A stretch of DNA of 64,000 nt, taken from Acidimicrobiia bacterium (GTDB lineage: Bacteria > Actinomycetota > Acidimicrobiia > Spongiisociales > ZC4RG35). Shown one piece after another: positions 32,736 through 41,019 of this stretch; position 1 is the stretch's first letter; every line of letters starts with the position of its first letter. The stretch is from NCBI GenBank assembly GCA_965203555.1, contig CBDBCY010000004.1, forward strand, positions 1,824,001 to 1,888,000. The letters are read 5' to 3'. The translations under genes and the position numbers were made by a program. The notes below the pieces were generated by a model, which had not been told where the DNA came from, ran no database searches, and worked only from the letters and a program-made list of their open reading frames with translations.

Positions 32736-33578
32736 GTGACTGAATCATTCATCACCTCCGACGGAGTCCGTATCGCCTATCACCAGGTAGGCGCCGGCGA
32801 CCCGGCCATCCTCTTCATCCACGGCGCGTACAGCAACCGAAGGGGCTTCGGCTTCCAGGAGGACTATTTTTCGCCCGACCACCGCTGTGTTGCAGTGGAT
32901 CTGAGGGGTAGCGGCGACAGCGACAAACCCGACCACCTTTACACCATGCCCCAGCACGCTGATGATGTAGCTGAACTCATTCGCCACCTCGGTCTCGAAA
33001 AACCCGTGCTGGTGGGACAGAGCTTGGGCGGCCAGGTGATCATCTGCGCGGCAGCCCAGTATCCCGAACTGGTCGGCGCCATAGCCAGCCTGGACTCACC
33101 CAGCAACATTCCAGGATGGCACCAGCGTTTCCATGAACCCTTCGATCACCTGATAGCAAAGGGCGGCGGGCCGCTACGGGAGGCGCTGCAAATGTTCCTC
33201 AGCGCCGCCTACCTACCCACCGACGACCCCTCTCGACTCGGGGGAATGGCCGAGCGCCTGGCGGAGGTTCCCGACCATGTCATCTACAACACCTGGCACG
33301 GCAAGAGCGACTTCGATCCCGGTCCGGTGCTGCGCCGAGTGAAGTGCCCCTATCTCTACATCGACTGCGGCCAGCCCGATCTCGACCTCGACCTGCTGCG
33401 GAAGCTGTGCCCCCAGGTGGTGATCGGAAAGACCGTCGGCGCCGGACACAAAGCCCTCCAGGACGTACCCGACCAGATCAACGCCATGCTCAACCGCTTC
33501 ATCCAACACGCCGACGCCATCGCAGCGGAGATGATCCGCACCGGCGGAGTCTTCAAATACAACTTCCCCGAGCCCTGA
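32736..33578 (+). CDS. Alpha/beta-fold hydrolase, array copy 2
   Basis: GQSLGG elbow; paralogue of copy 1. Confidence 0.9.
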   Translation: MTESFITSDGVRIAYHQVGAGDPAILFIHGAYSNRRGFGFQEDYFSPDHRCVAVDLRGSGDSDKPDHLYTMPQHADDVAELIRHLGLEKPVLVGQSLGGQVIICAAAQYPELVGAIASLDSPSNIPGWHQRFHEPFDHLIAKGGGPLREALQMFLSAAYLPTDDPSRLGGMAERLAEVPDHVIYNTWHGKSDFDPGPVLRRVKCPYLYIDCGQPDLDLDLLRKLCPQVVIGKTVGAGHKALQDVPDQINAMLNRFIQHADAIAAEMIRTGGVFKYNFPEP

Positions 33579-33675
33579 GCCGCCCCTGCTCGGAGGAAAC
33601 CGGAGTCATCCAGTTGCTGTGACCTGCGAAGGGCGCTTCAAAGGCCGTCGGGTATTCGCAACTAAGCTCCGGCTG

Positions 33676-34512
33676 ATGACTGAATGGATTACTACCTCGG
33701 ACGGCGTCGGCATCGCATACCACCAAGTAGGAGAAGGCGACCCCGCCATCGTCTTTATTCATGGCGCCTACAGCAACCGTAGAGGCTTCGGCTTCCAGGA
33801 GGAGTACTTCTCGCCCAACCACCGTTGCGTAGCGGTTGATCTTCGGGGCCACGGCGAAAGCGACAAGCCTGATGATGTTTACACCATGGACAGGCACGGA
33901 GACGACGTGGCTGAACTGATCAGTCACCTGGGGTTGAGTAAACCGGTGCTGGTGGGACAGAGCATGGGCGGCCAGGTGATCATCGCCGCTGCCGCCCGGC
34001 ATCCCGATCTGGTGGGCGCTGTCGCCAGCCTGGACTCCCCCAGCAACATTCCAGGATGGCATCAGGGACACCATGGTCCCTACCAACACCTGATGACCGC
34101 AGACGGTCCGTTCCGGGAGACACTCATAGCCTTTCTCAGCGCCGCCTATCTGCCTACCGACGACCCCTCCCGGGTTGGGGGGATGGCCGAGCGGCTATCG
34201 GAGGTCCCCGACCATGTGATTCTCAACAGTTGGCGGGACAAGAAGGATTACGATCCCACCCCCACCCTGCGCCGAGTCAGGTGCCCCTATCTTTACATCG
34301 ACTGCGGCCAGCCCGATCTCGACCTCGACCTGCTGCGGAAGCTGTGCCCCCAGGTGGTGATCGGCAAGACCGTCGGCGCCGGACACAAGGCCCTCCAGGA
34401 CGTGCCCGACCAGATCAACGCCATGCTCAACCGCTTCATCCACCACGCCGACGCCATCGCCGCCGAGATGGTCCGCACCGGCGGGGTCTTCAAATACAAC
34501 TTCCCCGAGTAG
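33676..34512 (+). CDS. Alpha/beta-fold hydrolase, array copy 3
   Basis: GQSMGG elbow; TAAGCT 7 nt before ATG. Confidence 0.9.
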   Translation: MTEWITTSDGVGIAYHQVGEGDPAIVFIHGAYSNRRGFGFQEEYFSPNHRCVAVDLRGHGESDKPDDVYTMDRHGDDVAELISHLGLSKPVLVGQSMGGQVIIAAAARHPDLVGAVASLDSPSNIPGWHQGHHGPYQHLMTADGPFRETLIAFLSAAYLPTDDPSRVGGMAERLSEVPDHVILNSWRDKKDYDPTPTLRRVRCPYLYIDCGQPDLDLDLLRKLCPQVVIGKTVGAGHKALQDVPDQINAMLNRFIHHADAIAAEMVRTGGVFKYNFPE

Positions 34513-34533
34513 AGGATGGTGTATACTGCTACT

Positions 34534-34758
34534 ATGCGGCGTATACAGCTATACTTGGACGAACACTTGGACGAGGCTCTCTCGACCCGGGCCGCGCAGA
34601 TGGCAGTCTCGCGTTCATCCTTGGTACGCGATGCAATAAGGGCCTCGCTAGGTGCACATCTGACAACACTCGCCGATCCGGTGGACAATCTCATCGGATG
34701 CCTCGACATCGAACCGGGTGACGACATCGATTCAGTGATCTACGGGCTAGAGGAGTGA
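34534..34758 (+). CDS. vapB: Ribbon-helix-helix (CopG-like) antitoxin
   Basis: MRRIQLYLDE...SRSSLVRDAI; TATACT 6 nt before ATG; GTGA overlap with the toxin. Confidence 0.85.
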   Translation: MRRIQLYLDEHLDEALSTRAAQMAVSRSSLVRDAIRASLGAHLTTLADPVDNLIGCLDIEPGDDIDSVIYGLEE

Positions 34759-35156
34759 GATTCGCGGACACCTCATTCTGGATTGGTCTCCAGGTTGCCC
34801 GGGATCGCCGCCATGATGACGCAAAGATGCTCTGGCTGGACAATCGCGGCCCGGTACGGACATCGAATCTTGTGTTAGGAGAGACATGGACCTGGTTACG
34901 CCGGAAGGCCGGCCATGCTCCCGCGGTTCGCTTCCTCTCAACAATTCAGCGGTCAAACCGAGTGTCGGTGGCTATCGTGACCCCGCCGATAGACGAGCAG
35001 GCCTGGAGATGGCTGGAACGTCATGATGAACGAGCATATTCCTATGTCGACGCCACCAGCTTTGAGATCATGCGGCGAGAGCGCATCAGCCTGGCGCTGG
35101 CGTTTGACGGTGACTTCACTTCCGCTGGGTTTGTGGAACTGCGGCCCACGTCTTGA
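34755..35156 (+). CDS. vapC: PIN-domain toxin
   Basis: FADTSFW, LGETWT, SYVDATSF, AFDGDF. Confidence 0.92.
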   Translation: MRFADTSFWIGLQVARDRRHDDAKMLWLDNRGPVRTSNLVLGETWTWLRRKAGHAPAVRFLSTIQRSNRVSVAIVTPPIDEQAWRWLERHDERAYSYVDATSFEIMRRERISLALAFDGDFTSAGFVELRPTS

Positions 35157-35182
35157 GTCGACGCTTCGTAATCCGGCTAATG

Positions 35183-35844
35183 GAAAGTGACAACCCGACG
35201 AGATCTACACCATGGAACAACACGGAGACGACGTGGCCGAGTTGATCCGCCACCTGGGCCTGGAGAGGCCGGTCCAGATGGGCCAGGGCATGGGCGGCCA
35301 GGCGATCATCTCCTCCGCCGCCCGTCACGCCGAACTGATAGGAGCGATAGGCAGCCTGGACTCACCCAGCAACATTCCAGGATGGCACCAGCGTTTCCAT
35401 GAACCCTTCGATCACCTGATAGCAAAGGGCGGCGGGCCGCTACGGGAGGCGCTGCAAATGTTCCTCAGCGCCGCCTACCTACCCACCGACGACCCCTCTC
35501 GACTCGGGGGAATGGCCGAGCGCCTGGCGGAGGTTCCCGACCATGTCATCTACAACACTTGGCACGGCAAGAGCGACTTCGATCCCGGGCCGGTGCTGCG
35601 CCGTGTCAGGTGCCCCTATCTCTGCATCGATTGCGGCCAGCCCGATCTCGACCTCGACCTGCTGCGGAAGCTGTGCCCCCAGGTGGTGATCGGAAAGACC
35701 GTCGGCGCCGGACACAAAGCCCTCCAGGACGTGCCCGACCAGATCAACGCCATGCTCAACCGCTTCATCCAACACGCCGACGCCATCGCCGCGGAGATGA
35801 CCCGCACCGGCGGGATCTTCCAATACAACTTCCCCACCAGCTAG
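35183..35844 (+). pseudogene. Alpha/beta hydrolase copy 4: 5'-truncated, chimeric, nucleophile Ser->Gly
   Basis: Homology starts abruptly at ~35183; lacks the HG oxyanion segment; GQGMGG; 35352-35558 identical to copy 2 33086-33292. Confidence 0.85.
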
Positions 35845-35958
35845 CTACAGCACTGCCCGAGTCGTCTGCTCTTTGCCTGTGGGTGGACTCGCTCATCAGC
35901 TGAGGTGCTAGAGTGCGAAGTGGCGCTGAGTGGGGAAAATGCCTCCAGGAAGAAGTGT

Positions 35959-36357
35959 ATGAATACGGAAGCCGCGGCCGGAAGGGGGGCGGATGTCGCC
36001 CTTGACCTGGGGCATCCTGGTCTGCCCAGGGACTGGGTTGAACACGTATTGAGTGTCGTCGTGTCGTATGATCCGGATAAGGTCTTTTTGTTCGGATCGG
36101 TAGCGCAGGCAGAGGACACTGTCCGCTCTGACATTGATTTGCTCGTGGCCATAGACAGGGTGCCGGTGGAAGAATGGTTTGAGTGGGAGTTCAGAATTGC
36201 CCTGGAGGCGGAACGACGCTGTCCGTTCAAGGTGGACGTGTCCTTGACAGATCTGGAGGACCTGGTACGGAGGCGAAACGTGGTGGGCAATCCGTGCAAA
36301 TGGGTGGCGGAGGGAGGTCGCCTGATCTATGACAGGAATTCAGGCGTGCTGTTGTGA
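35959..36357 (+). CDS. Minimal nucleotidyltransferase (MNT) antitoxin
   Basis: KVFLFGSVAQ...SDIDLLV (GS-X10-DxD), C-terminal EGGRLIYD. Confidence 0.85.
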   Translation: MNTEAAAGRGADVALDLGHPGLPRDWVEHVLSVVVSYDPDKVFLFGSVAQAEDTVRSDIDLLVAIDRVPVEEWFEWEFRIALEAERRCPFKVDVSLTDLEDLVRRRNVVGNPCKWVAEGGRLIYDRNSGVLL

Positions 36358-36764
36358 GTTATCTGCCGGACAACAATGAGGATGAATCCAGAGCGTATCT
36401 GGTAGAGGCATCTGTCTATTTTGAAGGGGCTGTCAGAAAAATGCGGGACGAACAGAGAGCGTGGAAACAGGCTTGTCGAGAGTTCGTCAGCTCATCGGAG
36501 ATGGCATTGAAAGCAGTACATGTCTATTACGGAACAGAACCGGACCGCACTCATCGGGTCCACGAGCTCTATGAAAGTTGTCCGGATGAAACAATTCGGC
36601 TTCTTAACATCCAGCCGGAGGACCTGAGGACCTTTTCCAGTTGGTACCTGTCCCCGTATCACATAGCCAGGGGCGCAACCAGGCGGAACGTTGAAATGTG
36701 CGAGAACATTGTCGGCAGAATTCTGAACTGGGCGGCAGGGATCGTTGACGACACAGATCACTAA
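36354..36764 (+). CDS. HEPN-domain protein
   Basis: EMALKA, RTH...L; GTGA overlap with MNT. Confidence 0.75.
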   Translation: MSYLPDNNEDESRAYLVEASVYFEGAVRKMRDEQRAWKQACREFVSSSEMALKAVHVYYGTEPDRTHRVHELYESCPDETIRLLNIQPEDLRTFSSWYLSPYHIARGATRRNVEMCENIVGRILNWAAGIVDDTDH

Positions 36765-36788
36765 TAGCTGAACTCCTATGCGAGCGAT

Positions 36789-36863
36789 CCGCGTCATCCA
36801 CCGCGCCGAGGGAATCGCAGCGGAGATGATCCGCACCGGCGAAGTCTTCCAATACAACTTCCC
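36789..36863 (+). pseudogene. Orphan 3' stub of an array hydrolase (~25 codons)
   Basis: Encodes IHRAEGIAAEMIRTGEVFQYNFP, matching the C-terminus of copies 1-5. Confidence 0.85.
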
Positions 36864-37060
36864 GAGAGGCGAGTCGAAGGTGGGTCATTCGGTCGACGAG
36901 GTTCTGCCAACACCGAGACGAGACCTGATCGCGCCGGACCCAACCGCCAACCGAAAAATATCTAACTGCACGCCGAGCGAAATATCCCGCCTTCCCCTCC
37001 TCGGCCCGCTCCTGTGTGGCAGACAGCGCGCCGCACACCGGCTTTAGCCCTGGGCGGACC

Positions 37061-37483
37061 TCAACGATGAACCGTGAAGGCCCGGCGCAGACCCGAACCG
37101 TAGCGGTAAACCGCGAAGTCGGCGTCGAACGCTATAGCTTCCTCGATGCCGTGACGTTCCATGACAACCCAACTCGTCCGATCAGTCATCGAGAAGTCCT
37201 GGTCGCTGAACATCCTCCCGATTCTCAGGGCGGCGCGGACGTCGTCTGGAGTCGCCGTCAACACTTCGGCGAGCCTTCGATCCATGATGGTCCTCACCAA
37301 GGCATCCGCCAGGTTGGGGTTCCGTCGGTAGCGCGCTATGGCCCATGTTTCCACAAGAACGTGATCGGTGGTAGCCAGCCGCCCTGCATGGTCACTTAGC
37401 AGGCGAACTGCCCGGTCATGGGAGGCGTCGTCGCCGGCCGCCGCCGCGTACCACGCACTTGTATCGACAAAGACGCGATTCAA
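37061..37483 (-). CDS. vapC: PIN-domain toxin
   Basis: VFVDTSAW, VLVETW, FSMTDRTS, AFDADF. Confidence 0.9.
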   Translation of the reverse strand: MNRVFVDTSAWYAAAAGDDASHDRAVRLLSDHAGRLATTDHVLVETWAIARYRRNPNLADALVRTIMDRRLAEVLTATPDDVRAALRIGRMFSDQDFSMTDRTSWVVMERHGIEEAIAFDADFAVYRYGSGLRRAFTVHR

Positions 37484-37762
37484 TCAGCGGTCCCTCGCGC
37501 CTATTGCTTTGCGATCCGACTGTTCGGCAACCGCCTCCGTGATCATTTCATGTTTGTTGCGGGCGATGTCGGTCGGCGCGCCTCGGCTGCCCAGGAAGCC
37601 GACGAGCGGTGTGATGTCACCGGTCAGATTCCGGGATGCCGCATCATCGGCGCGGATCAATTCTCGTATATAACCGGAAAGGCTCAATCCACGCTCTTGC
37701 GCTCGATTTTTGGCCATTGCATGCAAAGACGAACCGAGTAACACGTTGGTAGGTTTGGTCAT
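37484..37762 (-). CDS. vapB: RHH-like antitoxin
   Basis: AQERGLSLSGYIRELI, TDIARNKHE; abuts vapC; TATAAT upstream on the minus strand. Confidence 0.8.
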   Translation of the reverse strand: MTKPTNVLLGSSLHAMAKNRAQERGLSLSGYIRELIRADDAASRNLTGDITPLVGFLGSRGAPTDIARNKHEMITEAVAEQSDRKAIGARDR

Positions 37763-37858
37763 ACGTTCACCCCAAAAGAATCCTACGCATACTGCGCAAC
37801 ACATTATAGGCATCCCTGTGAGTCTCCGCCCTGCCTGCACAAACTATGCTCCGATCCC

Positions 37859-38698
37859 ATGACTGAACGGTTCACCACCTCCGACGGCGTTCGCATCGCA
37901 TACCACCAGGTAGGCGTCGGCGACCCGGCCATTATCTTCATTCACGGCGGATTCGGAAACCGAGGGGGCTTCGGCTTTCAGGAAGACTACTTCTCGCCCA
38001 AACACCGCTGCCTGGCAGTGGATCTGCGGGGTCACGGCGACAGCGACAAACCCGACGAGATCTACACGATGGAAAAGCATGGCGACGACGTAGCCGAGTT
38101 GATCCGCTCCCTGGGCTTGGAGAAGCCAGTCCTGGTGGGCCAGAGCATGGGCGGACAGGTGATCATCTCCGCCGCCGCCCGTCACCCTGAGTTGATAGGG
38201 GCGATAGCCAGCCTGGACTCACCGAGCAACATCCCCGGATGGCATGCCCGCCATCACGGTCCCTTCGATCACCTGATGACCGCGGACCAGGATTTCCGAG
38301 AGACCCTTCGCCGATTTCTGATGGCTTCATACCTGCCCACCGACGATCCGTCTCGGGTGGGGACCATCGCCAAGCGACTGGCCGAAGTCCCCGATCATGT
38401 AATCCTCAACGGCTGGCAGGGGATGATGGGCTTCGACTGTGGACCGATACTGGCCGCAGTGCAGTGCCCCTATCTGTACATCGACTGCGGCCAACCCGAT
38501 CTGGACCTGGATCTCCTGCGTGAGTTGTGCCCGCAGGTGGTGATCGGAAAGCCGGTCGGCGCCGGACACAAGGCCCTCCAGGACGTGCCGGACCAGATCA
38601 ACGCCATGCTCAATCGCTTCATCCAACATGCCGACGGGATAGCGGCCGAGATGATCCGCACCGGCGGAGTCTTCAAATACAACTTCCCCGACAACTGA
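37859..38698 (+). CDS. Alpha/beta-fold hydrolase, array copy 5
   Basis: FIHGG, GQSMGG; TATGCT 8 nt before ATG. Confidence 0.9.
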   Translation: MTERFTTSDGVRIAYHQVGVGDPAIIFIHGGFGNRGGFGFQEDYFSPKHRCLAVDLRGHGDSDKPDEIYTMEKHGDDVAELIRSLGLEKPVLVGQSMGGQVIISAAARHPELIGAIASLDSPSNIPGWHARHHGPFDHLMTADQDFRETLRRFLMASYLPTDDPSRVGTIAKRLAEVPDHVILNGWQGMMGFDCGPILAAVQCPYLYIDCGQPDLDLDLLRELCPQVVIGKPVGAGHKALQDVPDQINAMLNRFIQHADGIAAEMIRTGGVFKYNFPDN

Positions 38699-38820
38699 AC
38701 CCGACGCATCCGTCCCAAGCCAACAGCGATCGACGGCGGATTCAACACGCCTTCCCACCGATAGCATCCTCTGCCCGGTAACATCATCCGCGTGACAGGC
38801 TGGGACCTGAAAGGGGGGTT

Positions 38821-41019
38821 GTGAGCCGTCCCAAAGGCGGGACAAACCGTTCCCAACGGAAGAGGAAGCCCAAATTGCCGACGCCCTATTGGTGGGATAG
38901 CAACTCGCCTCAGTGGTCGGGGAGGCGATCCAAGCGAGGCCCGGCAACCTGGGTCCCACCCGGTGGAAGGATCCAAGTGGCGGGACGGGTGATCGAGGGT
39001 GGGATGGTCTACACCGGCGCCGGCGCCCTGGCGGCGAACGGCCGCGGATCCGAGCCGAGCCTCATCGATCCCCGCCTTCCGGTCAACTGGAAGGGCAGGG
39101 GCCGCGCCGGGGGCTTCACGTCCCACAACCCGTCATACCGACGGGCCGACCCGCGGGTTCGGGCCGCCTATCTTCAGTGGCTGGCCGGAGGGCGCCGGAA
39201 CCGTTACACCTCCATCGGCAACGTGTTCCTGTTCTTCTACGGGCTCGAACGCCGTCTGTTCGCCGACCTCGGCGCCGACCTCCACCTTCCCGAGGTGGAA
39301 GTCATCCTGGCCGAGATCGAACGTCTCCGCGGCATATACGGCCAGGAGAGATCATTCCTCAAGAGCGCCGGTGAACTGCTGGATTTCGTGGAAGGCGTCC
39401 GGTCGTTGACCACCGACGTCCAACCGGTTCCATGGACTCCGGACCGACCCTGGTCCGGGGTTCCGGCATCGGTCCGGGTCGGCATCGGCAGATATGTTGC
39501 GAAAAGTTCCCCCATTCCGGCCGAATGGGCCCTCAGCTACCTCCGCCACCATCCCCAAGGGCAACTGCGAACACCGGCCAGGCGCGTTGCCGCCGAGTTC
39601 GACCAGTTGTTCGCCATACGCTACGGGGAGCGGTTCGGACCGGGTATCCGAACGCCGAGACCGGCCGAGCACATCCAGCTCATGTACCGGGCCGCATCCT
39701 CCGGATTCCACGGAGGAGTACACGTCACCTGCGATCCCATTCCCGACGTGACGCGCGACCCGTCGCTGATCATCAAGCTGAACGAGTTGGCCAGGCAATG
39801 CCACGAGGAACTCGACGCCTACAGCCGTCTGATCGGGCGATACCCCGACCGGGCCGGCACCCCGGCCGCGGTCGGGCTGCTGCCCGATGCCCTGCTCGCC
39901 ACCCACGGTAGGACAACTCTTGACATTCTCCGGACCTGGACCTCGGAAGTGCTGGCCGACCGGCCCACAGCGGTGGTTCCCCTCGATGATCTGGTGGAGC
40001 AGTGGTCGCCCGGCCACCCCCCGAAACTCACCAAGGCCACGGTCTCTGCGCTGGCCTTCACACTCGCCAACCTCGGCGTGGGCATCGAACCCGATGTCCG
40101 TTTCGGTTCTTCTCCTCCCGGTCCCGGTACCCGGGCGGTGCTGTTCCCGCTTCCCGAGGGTGACCGGGGAAAGCCCACACCCCGGTACCGCGCCGTCCTT
40201 TCCCTGGTGTTCCTGGGTGCCTTGGTGGCCGCCGCCGACGGGGCCGTCAACCCCATCGAACACCGATTCCTCACCAAACGACTGGAGGGGATCACCGGAC
40301 TCGACACCGCCGACCGGGCCAGACTGGAGGCCCACCTGACATGGCTCGGCGTCCGGAAACCTCGCCTGCAGGATGCTCAACCCAGAGTGAAAAAGATGCA
40401 ACCCCGGGATCTGCCCAAAGTGGGAACCCTCCTGATCGAGTTGGCAGCCGCCGACGGGACCGTCAACTACGAAGAGATTGCCGTTCTGGAAAAGTTGTTC
40501 CAACTGATGGGCCTCGACGAAGCCCACCTGTACGGCCGCGCCCACACCCTGGATTTGGCGGATCGCGGTCCGATCAGCGTAGGGGAGAAGGCACCCGGCG
40601 CTCGTTGGGAGATACCCGACTCCGGCGGGGTTTCCGCGCCGCAATCGCCCGTGAACCTGGACCCGGCCAAGATCCGGGACCGCTTGGCCGAGACGGACCG
40701 GGTGGCGCACCTGCTGGCCGACATCTTCGTGGACGACGACCCGCCGCCGGAGATAGAGTCGGGCGTCAACGGTTCGGATCCCGAGTCGGCTATCGAGGGA
40801 CTGGACGGGCCGCACCGGCAGTTGTTGGACGCGCTGGCCGCCCGAGCGGAGTGGGATCGTGGTTCCGCCGAGGAGTTGGCCCGCTCCTTCGGGTTACCGT
40901 TCCTCGACAGCGCCCTCGACGTCATAAATGAAACCGCCCTCGACCACTGCGGTGAATCGGTGGTCGAGGGAGATGACCCCATGGTGCTCAATGCCGATGC
41001 CATCAAGGAGCTGATTTGA
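38821..41019 (+). CDS. sngA: TerB_N/TerB/TerB_C protein (Shango SngA-like)
   Basis: EPSLID..L.V, YLQWLAGGR, IGNVFLFFYGLERR, two ADG.V TerB motifs, ALDVINE tail. Confidence 0.85.
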   Translation: MSRPKGGTNRSQRKRKPKLPTPYWWDSNSPQWSGRRSKRGPATWVPPGGRIQVAGRVIEGGMVYTGAGALAANGRGSEPSLIDPRLPVNWKGRGRAGGFTSHNPSYRRADPRVRAAYLQWLAGGRRNRYTSIGNVFLFFYGLERRLFADLGADLHLPEVEVILAEIERLRGIYGQERSFLKSAGELLDFVEGVRSLTTDVQPVPWTPDRPWSGVPASVRVGIGRYVAKSSPIPAEWALSYLRHHPQGQLRTPARRVAAEFDQLFAIRYGERFGPGIRTPRPAEHIQLMYRAASSGFHGGVHVTCDPIPDVTRDPSLIIKLNELARQCHEELDAYSRLIGRYPDRAGTPAAVGLLPDALLATHGRTTLDILRTWTSEVLADRPTAVVPLDDLVEQWSPGHPPKLTKATVSALAFTLANLGVGIEPDVRFGSSPPGPGTRAVLFPLPEGDRGKPTPRYRAVLSLVFLGALVAAADGAVNPIEHRFLTKRLEGITGLDTADRARLEAHLTWLGVRKPRLQDAQPRVKKMQPRDLPKVGTLLIELAAADGTVNYEEIAVLEKLFQLMGLDEAHLYGRAHTLDLADRGPISVGEKAPGARWEIPDSGGVSAPQSPVNLDPAKIRDRLAETDRVAHLLADIFVDDDPPPEIESGVNGSDPESAIEGLDGPHRQLLDALAARAEWDRGSAEELARSFGLPFLDSALDVINETALDHCGESVVEGDDPMVLNADAIKELI

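Larger units (their letters stand above)
32656..38688 (+). repeat. Six dispersed copies of a 41-nt hydrolase 3'-end motif
   Basis: GAGATGATCCGCACCGGCGGAGTCTTC(C/A)AATACAACTTCCC-like at 32656, 33528, 34465, 35794, 36823, 38648. Confidence 0.9.

Noticed and set aside
32656-38688. 41-nt repeats as a CRISPR array or integron attC sites
   Set aside because: They are coding gene ends about 0.9-1.8 kb apart; no cas or intI gene, and no RYYYAAC...GTTRRRY pair
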